From IMG/VR virus record IMGVR_UViG_3300045738_000438, positions 3,432 to 67,431 of that record: 64,000 bases of DNA; one strand, given 5' to 3'. The notes below the pieces were generated by a model that searched no databases, was not told where the DNA came from, and saw only the letters and a list, made by a program, of their open reading frames with translations. Below are positions 45,015 to 54,532 of this stretch, one piece after another. Made by a program: the position numbers and the translations under genes. The stretch comes from a virus. Position 1 is the stretch's first letter; every line of letters begins with the position of its first letter.

Positions 45015-46111
45015 GCCTTTGTCTTGCGTTGCTTCAACGAGGACGCTGCACTGGATGTCCTGATAACCTTTGCAAACTTGTCGGATATGAAACTCTTGGG
45101 ATCAGCCAACCCGTTGACATGCTTGGCTACCAGACGCTCAATCTCAGTGTGTGTAATCTTGGCAGCCGCAAGCAGTTCGTCCTTGGGTATGCCGAGTCCA
45201 GCCGCAATCCTAAAAGCTTCTCCTGTTGAGATGATACGTGTCAGGCTCCTGCCTCTGGTGTAGTACCAGTCACTGATGGCTTCCTTGTCTTCATCCATGA
45301 GTGCCTTGGCTTGGGCCAAGACCGAAGCGTATATTTTCTTGGATGCCTCAGCGGCATCACGCGCAGCAGCCAAGGCGTGGCCCCGCTCGGCGGGGCACAT
45401 GTCAGCGAACACTGCCCCCGGAGCTTCAGCGTGAGACAGCGCACGGGCCTTCAGCGCAGGACAAATGCTTACAGCACGGCACCACTTGCAGGCTTCCTCC
45501 GTTGGGTTGAGGGGCTTGTCCTTCTTGTCGGACAAAGCAAGCAACACGGCGTCCTCAATCTGACGCTCGGCCCTGACGAGTTCATGGTTGGTGAACGTGT
45601 GGCAGAGGATGGGTTCATAAGGCGACTCCGGTTGAGAGAAGCAGTACCTTACTTCCTCCATCCCGTTGTCCCGGTTTTGTTGCCAGAAGAGAACCGACTC
45701 AGCCTTGGCTTGCCAGTTATACCGGACGTTGTCTTGCCCTCGTCCGGTCTTGTAGTTCACAACGATCCCCTGACCTGTCACCCTGCACCGACCAGCCACG
45801 TCCAACTTGCCAGACCAAAGCTTGCGGTCACCGATCTTGTGCCAGTACCGCTGCTCACGGACGATGTCAACCACGTCAACGAACAGAACTTTGTCGTAGT
45901 CACGTAGCTCTTGGGCAACACCCAACTCCTCCCGGCTGAGTTCAGATTCAGGAACACTCCCGTCCATCACGCCGTGAATCTTAGTGCCCCGTACTGAGAA
46001 CTTGTTGTCAGGAGACGGGGGGCATTTGTCTTCCAGTTCCTTTGACCTTGGGCAATCTATTACCCTTCCCAGCCCGGAGGCAGAAGGCAGTCCTTCACGT
46101 TCATCAGGCAT
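45011..46111 (-). CDS. Cas4-like PD-(D/E)XK exonuclease (DUF2800-like)
   Basis: SAS...CP, GTKIH, GKLD, NYKTG, CKWCRAVSICP. Confidence 0.8.
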   Translation of the reverse strand: MPDEREGLPSASGLGRVIDCPRSKELEDKCPPSPDNKFSVRGTKIHGVMDGSVPESELSREELGVAQELRDYDKVLFVDVVDIVREQRYWHKIGDRKLWSGKLDVAGRCRVTGQGIVVNYKTGRGQDNVRYNWQAKAESVLFWQQNRDNGMEEVRYCFSQPESPYEPILCHTFTNHELVRAERQIEDAVLLALSDKKDKPLNPTEEACKWCRAVSICPALKARALSHAEAPGAVFADMCPAERGHALAAARDAAEASKKIYASVLAQAKALMDEDKEAISDWYYTRGRSLTRIISTGEAFRIAAGLGIPKDELLAAAKITHTEIERLVAKHVNGLADPKSFISDKFAKVIRTSSAASSLKQRKTKA

Positions 46112-46115
46112 ACTG

Positions 46116-46328
46116 TTAATCCTTAGTGTTGTGTGTGACGCGGGGCCGAAAAATACCAGCCTTCTCCATTTGTTCCATCTGTTCAACGGCCCAATCTGGT
46201 ATGAGTTTCTTGCCGCCTATCTGGGTATAAGGAACCTTACCGAGGCGGCAGTAACGCCTGATTGACTCTTCACCGACCCGCCATCTCTGGGCCAGTTCCG
46301 CGCATGTGTGAAATGTGGTTGCGTCCAT
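46116..46328 (-). CDS. excisionase-like HTH (HTH_17)
   Basis: TCAELAQRWRVGEESIRRYCRLGKVPYTQIGGKKLIP. Confidence 0.75.
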   Translation of the reverse strand: MDATTFHTCAELAQRWRVGEESIRRYCRLGKVPYTQIGGKKLIPDWAVEQMEQMEKAGIFRPRVTHNTKD

Positions 46329-46332
46329 CTTG

Positions 46333-46896
46333 TTAATCCCTAGCAGAGTGTGCCACAACATGGGCGAGGAACTTGTCCGGGTGTTCCATGATAATCCCGG
46401 CATAACTCCTTGGTATGTCTGCCCAAGTCTGACCAGCCTTGATCCTCTTGCGCTCAAGAAGGAACGCTGTAACCATGTCCTCCTTTCCGGTAACAATCTC
46501 TTTCATCTGATCCTGCCAAGTCTTGGCGGGTTGTGGCGCAGGCTCGGCACCAGAAGAAGCCTCCCTTTCAGTTGCAATCTCCATCTCGTCCAACGATGGA
46601 CGCTTGGAGTTGGGGTCTTGGTATTTACTGTTGGCAATGGCGCGGCCAACTGCACTGGTCTCGGATGTTTCCACCCAGTTTGTTGTAGTAGCCCCCTTAT
46701 CTTTCGCCTTCCAGTCGTAGGCAAATCCGGTTGCAATAACAACGCCGTCCTCTAGCAGGCTGGCCTTGAAGCAAACTGATTTGAAATCGGCGTCATGCCA
46801 CACAATCTCAGTGTGAACTGAGACCCTCGGACTCGTCTGGTGTAGCCGCCTCAACCGCTGTTCCACCGTCTCGTACTTACTTGGATCGTATCTCAT
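46333..46896 (-). CDS. single-strand annealing/recombination protein-like
   Basis: YETVEQRL...ATGFA...VETSETSAVGRAIAN, adjacent to exonuclease. Confidence 0.55.
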   Translation of the reverse strand: MRYDPSKYETVEQRLRRLHQTSPRVSVHTEIVWHDADFKSVCFKASLLEDGVVIATGFAYDWKAKDKGATTTNWVETSETSAVGRAIANSKYQDPNSKRPSLDEMEIATEREASSGAEPAPQPAKTWQDQMKEIVTGKEDMVTAFLLERKRIKAGQTWADIPRSYAGIIMEHPDKFLAHVVAHSARD

Positions 46897-46903
46897 TGTG
46901 TTG

Positions 46904-46922
46904 TTAAACTATGATGGTTTAT
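46904..46922. repeat. 19-bp palindrome copy 8
   Basis: TTAAACTATGATGGTTTAT between a sigma70-like promoter and start 46896. Confidence 0.9.
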
Positions 46923-46954
46923 TTATGTGTTTTGTTGTGCCCCCTGACGTGATA

Positions 46955-46983
46955 AATATATGACAACTTTTCTTATAAGTCAA
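46955..46983 (-). promoter_or_regulatory. sigma70-like promoter of the replication operon
   Basis: TTGACT-N17-TATATT on - strand. Confidence 0.7.
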
Positions 46984-47029
46984 CAATAATTACCAACTGT
47001 CAGCAACTTGAGGCATTCCAGCAAGGCAC

Positions 47030-47071
47030 AAAAAAACTAGGGGCAGGAATTAACCTGCCCCTTTTTTATTT
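47030..47071. terminator. bidirectional rho-independent terminator
   Basis: A run, AGGGGCAGG-AATTAA-CCTGCCCCT, T run. Confidence 0.8.
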
Positions 47072-47109
47072 ACGTTTTCGTTTCTTGCCCCTCTTGTTTT
47101 CTGGCAGCT

Positions 47110-47487
47110 TCATGGTAACGAGTGAAGCTCAACCTTCACATTTATTATCCCGGCTTCAACCTCGGCCAGCCTAGCAAAGGCTGCCTTGCTGAGGTCAATG
47201 CCCCGGTCAGGATGCCGCTTGCGGTTAGGCCCACGGTCATTAACTCGGACGATTACCCAACGATTACCAAGGGTTACCTTCAGGCGTGTGCCGAGAGGAA
47301 CCCACCAACACGCTGCCGTTAGATCATCCGGGTTCATTCTCTCCCCACTGGCCGTGAGCTTTCCAGCCAGTCCGTCTCCCCCTCCTCCATACCAAGACGC
47401 CTTGGTGTGGATGGGTCTGAATGTTGGCTGTGTCACAACGTAATAAAATATGGCACACCCTGCGATCACTAGTAATAATATTTTCAT
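47110..47487 (-). CDS. rlpA: RlpA-like lytic transglycosylase (DPBB) with N-terminal hydrophobic anchor
   Basis: ASWYG, TASGE, LTAA, VRVNDRGP, IDLSKAAF. Confidence 0.9.
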   Translation of the reverse strand: MKILLLVIAGCAIFYYVVTQPTFRPIHTKASWYGGGGDGLAGKLTASGERMNPDDLTAACWWVPLGTRLKVTLGNRWVIVRVNDRGPNRKRHPDRGIDLSKAAFARLAEVEAGIINVKVELHSLP

Positions 47488-47505
47488 TTTGATTTTAGGT
47501 TAAGA

Positions 47506-47554
47506 CAAAAAGAAAAAGGCCAGCCGGGGGATTACTCAAACCCGACTGACCTTC
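47506..47554 (-). terminator. rho-independent terminator
   Basis: AAGGTCAGTCGGG...CCCGGCTGGCCTT followed by TTTCTTTTT on - strand (G-U pairs). Confidence 0.75.
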
Positions 47555-47585
47555 CAACTACTACCCGCAATACACGGACGCAGTT

Positions 47586-47614
47586 AAGTTAATACACATG
47601 GCCAAATTAGTCAA
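47586..47614 (-). promoter_or_regulatory. possible sigma70-like promoter
   Basis: TTGACT-N17-TAACTT on - strand. Confidence 0.4.
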
Positions 47615-47616
47615 CG

Positions 47617-47814
47617 CTAAAGGTTAACTGTTTTGCCAACGAGTGGCAGGTTTTCCCGGCTGACCAGTCTCCTGATCAAAGCGAGCGTCCCGCGCTCAAT
47701 CTTATCAACTGAAGACTCGGTAACACGCGTCCAAGTCTTGGTTGTGCGAACGTCTATCTTCTGGGCTTCCTCCAGAATGGTTTGCTTGATGACCTTGCGG
47801 TTGTTCAATCCCAT
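47617..47814 (-). CDS. small basic protein, prokaryotic histone-fold-like
   Basis: 65 aa; TRVTESSVDKIE...LIRRLV...GKTV resembles the RV/KT loop motifs of histone folds. Confidence 0.45.
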   Translation of the reverse strand: MGLNNRKVIKQTILEEAQKIDVRTTKTWTRVTESSVDKIERGTLALIRRLVSRENLPLVGKTVNL

Positions 47815-48236
47815 AGCTCACCTCCTGACGGGTTGTGTTGCCCTTGGTTTTGAGATTCAATCTGCTCCAGCACATCGGACAAGACAAACGTCCAGTACGG
47901 TGCCGACTCCGACTCAGCCCTAACAATCCATTTCTGGAGTGAAGGGTTCTTTAGCGCGTCCACTTGGCGCGGTGTTAGCTTTAGTACAAACTCCATAGCG
48001 ACTGCCTTTGGGCGACCCTGCTTGGGCCTCTCACCGGACTCCATAATCCGGTGAGCTTTATTGTACACCTGTTGAGCGTACTGCTTGGTGAACTTGTACT
48101 GCTCTGCGATCTGAGAATAAGTCATCCCGTCACAGTCACGCTTCAGAAGGATGTTCCTTTCTTGTAGCGTCAGTAAGCCTGAGTCATGGTGAGAGATCAC
48201 CCGCTCAACGCTCTTGCATTCAACAGTGTCGCTCAA
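47805..48236 (-). CDS. sigma70 region-4-like HTH protein
   Basis: LTLQERNILLKR..DGMTYSQIAEQYKFTKQYAQQVYNKA. Confidence 0.7.
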   Translation of the reverse strand: MSDTVECKSVERVISHHDSGLLTLQERNILLKRDCDGMTYSQIAEQYKFTKQYAQQVYNKAHRIMESGERPKQGRPKAVAMEFVLKLTPRQVDALKNPSLQKWIVRAESESAPYWTFVLSDVLEQIESQNQGQHNPSGGELWD

Positions 48237-48738
48237 GTGGCACTCCTCCTGTTCTCAAGGTGCCTTCCCCGCAAGCGGGCTGGCCCCACTGATGTACTAG
48301 GGATTCCCTTCAGCCGAGCGGCTGCCTCCTCCAAGTTGCGGGCGAACCGCTTTGAGGACGCAATGGCCATCTTCACTCGGTGTTCAGATGTGCCATGCTT
48401 CGTCTTCATCTTGGCGATGTTCCCCGCGCTTAAGTTGAGAGCCAGAAGACTCTCAGCTATGTCCATACGGGCGTTGCCGTGGATGTCCACCTGATAGACG
48501 AGGCGCGGATCACGCTCCACCTCATCGGTGTTCACCGTATTCCCGTAACGCCGTGCTGGCATGGGCGGCTTGCCGTTGCCAATGCGTACAGGTGTGACCT
48601 TCACTACGGGTCTCTCTAACTGGCCGACTAGTTCAGTGGAAAGAACCAGTGTGTCTTGTAACAGCGTGGCTAGGCCGACCAATTTGCCTAGCTGCTCCGT
48701 GCTTGTATGCAATATAACTTTATGCATGGTATTGTTCA
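48233..48738 (-). CDS. hypothetical protein
   Basis: ORF; start uncertain. Confidence 0.55.
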
Positions 48739-48744
48739 TAGGAT

Positions 48745-49104
48745 TCAATTGTTTGAGTGTGGGGGAAGAGGCTCGTTGTGTATTCCTTTCCACGGGTGCT
48801 TGCGTCTCTGATCTGCTATCCACTTCTTGTTGCCTTGAAGGAACATGCTGCCTGCCAGAACCCTTGCTGCACCATCAACTGATAATCCAACCGACTCTTT
48901 AAGCTGCGCGGCCACCTTCTTTCTCCTCAGAAACCTCCTCAGGTACGCTATAAAGAAAGGCAACTCCTCACCGGGGTCTGCACCCTTGGCCTCTGCTGAC
49001 TTAGACTCATTGCTTGAAGGAAACTTCATTACCCATTGGGTAAAAGCATCAATATGTTTACCTAAGATTTCCTCAACTGTTATTGTTGGTTTCTGATTAC
49101 TCAT
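48745..49104 (-). CDS. hypothetical protein
   Basis: ATG preceded by TAACTAACT leader. Confidence 0.55.
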   Translation of the reverse strand: MSNQKPTITVEEILGKHIDAFTQWVMKFPSSNESKSAEAKGADPGEELPFFIAYLRRFLRRKKVAAQLKESVGLSVDGAARVLAGSMFLQGNKKWIADQRRKHPWKGIHNEPLPPHSNN

Positions 49105-49137
49105 AGTTAGTTATGATTACGACTGCTTGTGTGTTGT

Positions 49138-50169
49138 TCACGGAAGATCCAGCGCAAGAGCGACTGTTCTTTTCGTCAGCTTGTGTAACTCCTCACAGTT
49201 AACCTGCTTGTTGATAGCGTACAGCGTCCAGCCATACCCTAAGCGGTAGCCTGTGATTAGGTTGTGCCCTAAGGCATCCCAGTTCGTATCAAGCAGCTTC
49301 TCCCTGAGGGTGAAGATCGGATCACCAATGGATAACCTACCGCCTGACATCAACTCATTGTAGAACGCCTTAGCGTCCTTGTCTTGAGGTTCACCGGAAC
49401 TGTCTACCTCAACCCACCATTGCGCTATAGCAACGAGGACTGGAAGCTTTCTTAGCAACACCTTGTTGCTCAGGTTTGACACTATGTATTCTATCGGCTC
49501 CCGTAGCCGCACCACTTCCGCCTCTATATGCTCATCCGTCATTGACGCCTTCTTCATTGACGTGAAGGGGGTCAGCACTGGGCCATGCCTACTAGGCGTC
49601 TTGACCCCGTCCGGGCGTCCAGCGGCACAACTAAACCTAGCGATGCGTTCATACCATCTAGCTTGAGCGTTACTGCAATCTCCGAACATCCCCGCAAGCC
49701 GAAACCTATCCGCGTTCGTCCGCTTACGGCCTATGTCTATCTTAACCATCCCCTCTCTTGGGACGCCCATAATTACGTGCATGGGGCAGGTAGTCTTGGA
49801 ATTAAGGATCGCCTGAAGCCGGGTCTGACCATCCATTAGTACCCCTTCATCATCAAAGATGATAGTAGACACGCAGCCATGAAAGTTCCCTGACTTAATA
49901 TCGGCGGCGATCTGACCGGCTTTCATCTTGCTTGGCCCCCTGTTTGTGGCCTCAGTCCCCTTGCCCCCGTTATAACTGTCAAGCATCTTGGATGCTAACT
50001 TGGGGGTTACGTCAGAGTATATTGATTTCATTACTAACGAATGAAACTCATGCTTAACCTCTCCCCTGCTGTACAGTTCTGACTGTATGTTGCGTACTCT
50101 GTTGAAAGCGTAATCTTGCTCACGCAACAACTCCTCGGCTGATACTTTTTTTATCTTTGCTTTGTTCAT
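49138..50169 (-). CDS. ParB/Srx-like (DGQxR) domain protein
   Basis: NRGPS...IIFDDEGVLMDGQTRLQAI...IDIGRKRT. Confidence 0.7.
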   Translation of the reverse strand: MNKAKIKKVSAEELLREQDYAFNRVRNIQSELYSRGEVKHEFHSLVMKSIYSDVTPKLASKMLDSYNGGKGTEATNRGPSKMKAGQIAADIKSGNFHGCVSTIIFDDEGVLMDGQTRLQAILNSKTTCPMHVIMGVPREGMVKIDIGRKRTNADRFRLAGMFGDCSNAQARWYERIARFSCAAGRPDGVKTPSRHGPVLTPFTSMKKASMTDEHIEAEVVRLREPIEYIVSNLSNKVLLRKLPVLVAIAQWWVEVDSSGEPQDKDAKAFYNELMSGGRLSIGDPIFTLREKLLDTNWDALGHNLITGYRLGYGWTLYAINKQVNCEELHKLTKRTVALALDLP

Positions 50170-50240
50170 TATTCTCTTTCTCTTTGTACTATACCAAGCA
50201 ATCACAACACTCATTGTGATTAGATTTTATTGTTATTTTA

Positions 50241-50525
50241 TTACTCATAGCATTCTTCCTTCACTGCAAGTGCTACTGTTACGCCGCCGCCAGACTCCTC
50301 TTGGACTTGGGCGTCAGCGGTACTCAACACCCCTCCACATATACAGTCCTGATACCCGCACAACTTCTTGCTGACGCGGCGGCGTTGATGCTTGGTGAGA
50401 GGGAAGCAAAGGACGGTATCACCCGAACAGTTCCCGGCGATCACAACACTCTCCCACGAATCATTCGGAATGACCGTGGCGCAAGTGTCATGGTGACTGG
50501 ACTTGATTGTTATTTTATTACTCAT
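50241..50525 (-). CDS. small Cys-rich hypothetical protein
   Basis: LCGYQDCICGG. Confidence 0.6.
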   Translation of the reverse strand: MSNKITIKSSHHDTCATVIPNDSWESVVIAGNCSGDTVLCFPLTKHQRRRVSKKLCGYQDCICGGVLSTADAQVQEESGGGVTVALAVKEECYE

Positions 50526-50527
50526 GG

Positions 50528-50740
50528 TTAGTTAGCGTTGTAGAACCACGCTCCCGTGCTGTAGCACCGTGCTGCTACCTGATCCCAGAAGCCGTCCTCC
50601 TTTAGTCTCTTGTTGTGGAGGGGGGCACTCCACGGCGTTGAGCCGTCCCCCCATATACCGAATGCAAACTCGCAGAAGGCGTAGCCTATCCAGTCGGTTA
50701 CCCAACCGAGTATCTCTTGTGTTAATTTTAATGGATTCAT
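50528..50740 (-). CDS. hypothetical protein
   Basis: ORF directly downstream of palindrome copy 9. Confidence 0.55.
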   Translation of the reverse strand: MNPLKLTQEILGWVTDWIGYAFCEFAFGIWGDGSTPWSAPLHNKRLKEDGFWDQVAARCYSTGAWFYNAN

Positions 50741-50746
50741 TTTGTG

Positions 50747-50765
50747 TTAAACTATTATGGTTTTA
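50747..50765. repeat. 19-bp palindrome copy 9
   Basis: TTAAACTATTATGGTTTTA upstream of start 50740. Confidence 0.9.
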
Positions 50766-50855
50766 GGAATGAAAGGGAACCAGCAGCGGTCAATGACCGG
50801 GAACACCCCGTGGACATGTCTTAGTAACGTCTCTGCACTGCTGACTCCCATGATT

Positions 50856-52412
50856 TTATGCAGCAACCTTCACTGAGAGTGCGTGATGCTGCGGGTGAGG
50901 AGGCTTCACTGCCTCATTGTTGACGGCCAAGTAAACGGTGGGGATGAATGTGTTTGGAACCTCTTCCGGGTTCCAGTTCACTTCCCACTCCATGTCACTG
51001 ACCATTATGCACCAGTCAAACTTCTGGCGGTGTTCCGCTACCCAGTTCAATGCTGGGGCCATGTTCGTACCGCCCCGGCCAAACCACTCATGCTCTGAGC
51101 GCAAGGGGAAGTCGTACTTGGAGAACGTCTTGATGCTCTCCTCAACGATGCGGCGGTCACACTGTACGAGCGTGATCGTAGCGTTGCGGTATTCAGATAT
51201 GATCTTCTGAATTTGGCGCAGTGCTTCGTTCATCTCCTCGGTGCCCATTGAGCCTGAGGTATCACAAAGGATGACGCCGTTGCAGGCATTCTTGCTCCGA
51301 TTGTTTGGGAGCAGAACATCTTCAACTCTCCAGCCATGTCGGCGGGAAGGACGGTTCCAGTTGTAACCTCCGATTGAACAGCGGCTTACCCATTGGCGCA
51401 GCAGCGTCCAGCTTATGTTGGTACGCTTGGCCACGTACTTCTCAATGATATCCACGCCGTGGCCCATGCCTCCACCTTGAGACTTCTGGAGGACAACGGC
51501 AGCCGATACCTGCTCTTCCCACTTGTCAGCGGCCTCGTCCTCATCTTCAGTGAGTGATGGATCGTCAAGGATTTCACCAAGCCCAACGTCATTGTAGTCC
51601 TTGCCTAAGAACGTGCGTAGTTTCTGCTCAGTGAGCGACTCACCACTGGTGCTAGTGCCGTTGGTGCTGCCGTTGGTGCTGGTGGAACCACTGGTGCCTT
51701 GGCCCCCTTCACCTTTGCCTTCACCTTTGCCTTCACCGGGTTCACCGGACGTGCCGCCAGTTGGGTTACCCTCGGTGGAGTTACCCTCGGTGGAGTTGCC
51801 AGTGGTCTCACCGGGATCACCATCACCGGGGCTATCGGACTGATCGCCGCCGTCCTCACCGTCCTCACCGTCCTCACAAGGGAATCCACCGGGAGGAGTT
51901 GGGGGACGCTGACTGATCTCATCAATTAGCCACTGATAGTACCACTCAGAACTCATCCCTTCAGGTGCGTGGATGTACTTACCGTAGCGCGGGAAGATTC
52001 CCCCCGCCACGCCATCACTCTTGAGGTGATGAAGAACCCCAAGCGACTGGTAGTAGGGAGAGAGATGACCATTGATGGCCAAGTCACACGCTATGTTCCA
52101 TACCTTGGGGTTACGATCACCACGCCTGAGGTGATGCCCAAATAATATGTGGGCGACCTCATGCATGACGATCCCTTTGACTGCATCAGTCGGTAACTGG
52201 CCGATCCACTCCGGGTTGTACCAGATGCGTTGACCGTCAGTTGCGGCTGAGTTGATTCCTTTACACTCAGTGATCCTCCATGAAGTGATGAAGGGAATCC
52301 CTGCTGGATGGTTGTCGAACAGATAGTCATGGGCAATGTCAATCTTCTCACGCGCAGTTACGCCACGTGAGAAGTTGAAATCCCTGATGACATCGTATTG
52401 TGGATGTGCCAT
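50856..52412 (-). CDS. metallopeptidase-like + vWA protein (DUF2201-like)
   Basis: AATDG, MHEVAH (HExxH), WNIACDLAIN, Gly/Ser linker, DTSGSM, GRGGT. Confidence 0.88.
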   Translation of the reverse strand: MAHPQYDVIRDFNFSRGVTAREKIDIAHDYLFDNHPAGIPFITSWRITECKGINSAATDGQRIWYNPEWIGQLPTDAVKGIVMHEVAHILFGHHLRRGDRNPKVWNIACDLAINGHLSPYYQSLGVLHHLKSDGVAGGIFPRYGKYIHAPEGMSSEWYYQWLIDEISQRPPTPPGGFPCEDGEDGEDGGDQSDSPGDGDPGETTGNSTEGNSTEGNPTGGTSGEPGEGKGEGKGEGGQGTSGSTSTNGSTNGTSTSGESLTEQKLRTFLGKDYNDVGLGEILDDPSLTEDEDEAADKWEEQVSAAVVLQKSQGGGMGHGVDIIEKYVAKRTNISWTLLRQWVSRCSIGGYNWNRPSRRHGWRVEDVLLPNNRSKNACNGVILCDTSGSMGTEEMNEALRQIQKIISEYRNATITLVQCDRRIVEESIKTFSKYDFPLRSEHEWFGRGGTNMAPALNWVAEHRQKFDWCIMVSDMEWEVNWNPEEVPNTFIPTVYLAVNNEAVKPPHPQHHALSVKVAA

Positions 52413-52413
52413 G

Positions 52414-53337
52414 TCAGTTTATGGGGTTGAGGGCGATGCCCTGAATCTTGTCGAACAAGGTTGACCCCTTCTTGATGGCTGCCGTCCGGGCAACGGGATC
52501 AGTCTTGATTTGCTCCGGGTTCAGATCACCCAACTCACGTTGGACAAGCTTACCCAGCCTCTTGATCTCATCATCGTTGGTGATGTTGAGCTTAGGGATG
52601 GCCGCGCAGAGTGCGTTGATCCCGCTGATTGCGGAATCGTAGAACGCGCTACGCTTGCCTTTGTCCACCTTGTCATGGTAGTTGCTGACAGATTCAGTGA
52701 ATGACTTCACCTGCTTCAGCAACCGATTGACAACGTCCTGCTGCGCCTCCTCCAGCTTCTTCTTGTTGCGCTGGAGAATCTCTTGCTCAACCTGCTGGAC
52801 AAGCTCAACACTGCCCTTGATCCTGATGTCACGCGCATCCTTGATGGCGTCTGTCTCAATTTCAAAGGCGAACGCCTCCCCCACATCATGAGCGGAAGGG
52901 AAGTCATCAATGTTGAAGAGGAAATCCAGACGCCGCTTGGCATCTGAAATCTTCTCGTTGTACGTGGCGACGAACGCATCCCTCTCATCGTAGAAGTTGG
53001 CCCTCTGATTTTTCAGGTTGGGGTACAACTCCTGATACACCTGAGTGGGGATGATCCTCCACCCATCATTGTTCCAAGGGACAGTCTTGTCCTTCAGGAC
53101 TTGAGTAGCCAAGCGCACGCAATCACGTGCTGGCTTGATGGCTTCGTTGGTGAACAACACAACAGACGCTGAGACACTGTTGACCTCGGCGTTGTTTGCA
53201 CTGGCAGCATCTTGAGCGGCTACCTTGGACTGGCGTCTGCCTCCGGGGAGACTGGACGTGATGCGAATGAGGAGGTGATCCTCATTGAATCGGCTGAGTG
53301 CCGTTTCGGTATTATATTTTAATGTACTAGGTTCCAT
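52414..53337 (-). CDS. helical protein of the MoxR/vWA cluster (DUF3150-like)
   Basis: TVPWNNDGWRIIP...DDFPS; position between ATPase and vWA genes. Confidence 0.6.
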   Translation of the reverse strand: MEPSTLKYNTETALSRFNEDHLLIRITSSLPGGRRQSKVAAQDAASANNAEVNSVSASVVLFTNEAIKPARDCVRLATQVLKDKTVPWNNDGWRIIPTQVYQELYPNLKNQRANFYDERDAFVATYNEKISDAKRRLDFLFNIDDFPSAHDVGEAFAFEIETDAIKDARDIRIKGSVELVQQVEQEILQRNKKKLEEAQQDVVNRLLKQVKSFTESVSNYHDKVDKGKRSAFYDSAISGINALCAAIPKLNITNDDEIKRLGKLVQRELGDLNPEQIKTDPVARTAAIKKGSTLFDKIQGIALNPIN

Positions 53338-53376
53338 AATGATTAAGTTAATGGGGGGCTTGCGCCCCCCGGTTGG

Positions 53377-54489
53377 TTAGGCTGCCTTCTTGCAGGATTC
53401 CTCCCACTCTTGATATTCAGGCAAACCGGCGACAGTTAACCCGCGCTTGATGGCGCGGCGAAAGAACGCTGCCTTGTGTTCATCCCTCCACCGGGATGCG
53501 TAGGTACAGAAGGCGCGGGTTTTGTCCCTGTCTTCTGAGCCATCGTTGTAGGCTGCGGTGATGAGGTGCTGAGTCACGGCGTACAACACGCCATCGTCTT
53601 CAGGGATGTCAGCACCCTGAGGATCAGCCTCAATGTCAGCAGGTTTAGGACAAGTGCCTGACTGCTTGTAGTACTCCAGCAGTTCAATGCCTGCCACTTG
53701 GCCAATGGCACCGTACACCAGTGCCTTTAGAACCTTGGGCTTGACGGCGAAACCGCCGATGCTTTCACACAAGGTAATGAGTTCGTTTGCCCATGTGTAT
53801 GAACGAGAGGTGCAGATTGCAGCCTCTGCGAATTCAATCTTCTCACCACAGAAGATTTCCTGACGATGCTCGGCAAACCCGATGGCGTATGGAGGCAGAC
53901 CGTAGTCGGTTGCCCAATCCTGCCAGTTTTCCAACGCCCTCTTGCTAGTGGTCTCCACGTACAGGTGGATGAGCCGATTGGCGGCGGCTGAACTGAGCGG
54001 AGTGGTGCCGATATCAGACTCGGCGTTGCCACAACAAACCACAACGACAGAGTCGTAGAGTTCATGCCCATTCACCCTACGATCCAGCAGAAGCTGGATT
54101 GCCACGTTCTGCACCTCAATGGAGCAGCGATCCACCTCGTCAATGAGGAGGACAGCACCTTCATGCCCATCCTTTTCCCAAGGCGCAGGCAGTAGCTTGC
54201 CGTTGGCATCATACTGCTTGAACGGTATGAGGTCGTTGGCAATGAGGTACACAAGGGTACCCCGCTTGAGGTTGGGAACCGGACATCCCCCCAAGTCAGT
54301 GGGGTCTTTGTCCGACAAGCGAACGTCATACAGAAAGAAGTTAATTTCCTCTGCGATCTGAGCGACAAGCGATGACTTGCCACACCCAACACCTGCCCAT
54401 ATAGCGGCAGGTCGGTAAGCCTGAAAACAAATTAACAGGCAGAGTTTAACCACATCTAGTGGTACTTTATATGCACTTTTTGCGTCCAT
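53377..54489 (-). CDS. MoxR-like AAA+ ATPase
   Basis: GVGCGKS Walker A, DLGGCP, LLIDEVDR Walker B, CGN sensor, ANRLIH, SRSY. Confidence 0.88.
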   Translation of the reverse strand: MDAKSAYKVPLDVVKLCLLICFQAYRPAAIWAGVGCGKSSLVAQIAEEINFFLYDVRLSDKDPTDLGGCPVPNLKRGTLVYLIANDLIPFKQYDANGKLLPAPWEKDGHEGAVLLIDEVDRCSIEVQNVAIQLLLDRRVNGHELYDSVVVVCCGNAESDIGTTPLSSAAANRLIHLYVETTSKRALENWQDWATDYGLPPYAIGFAEHRQEIFCGEKIEFAEAAICTSRSYTWANELITLCESIGGFAVKPKVLKALVYGAIGQVAGIELLEYYKQSGTCPKPADIEADPQGADIPEDDGVLYAVTQHLITAAYNDGSEDRDKTRAFCTYASRWRDEHKAAFFRRAIKRGLTVAGLPEYQEWEESCKKAA

Positions 54490-54532
54490 GATATTTAATA
54501 TGTGTAGTAGTTAGTTACGAAACGACCACTCA

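Noticed and set aside
45011-46111. Cas4 as part of a CRISPR system
   Set aside because: Solo Cas4-like exonucleases beside SSAP genes are ordinary phage recombination genes
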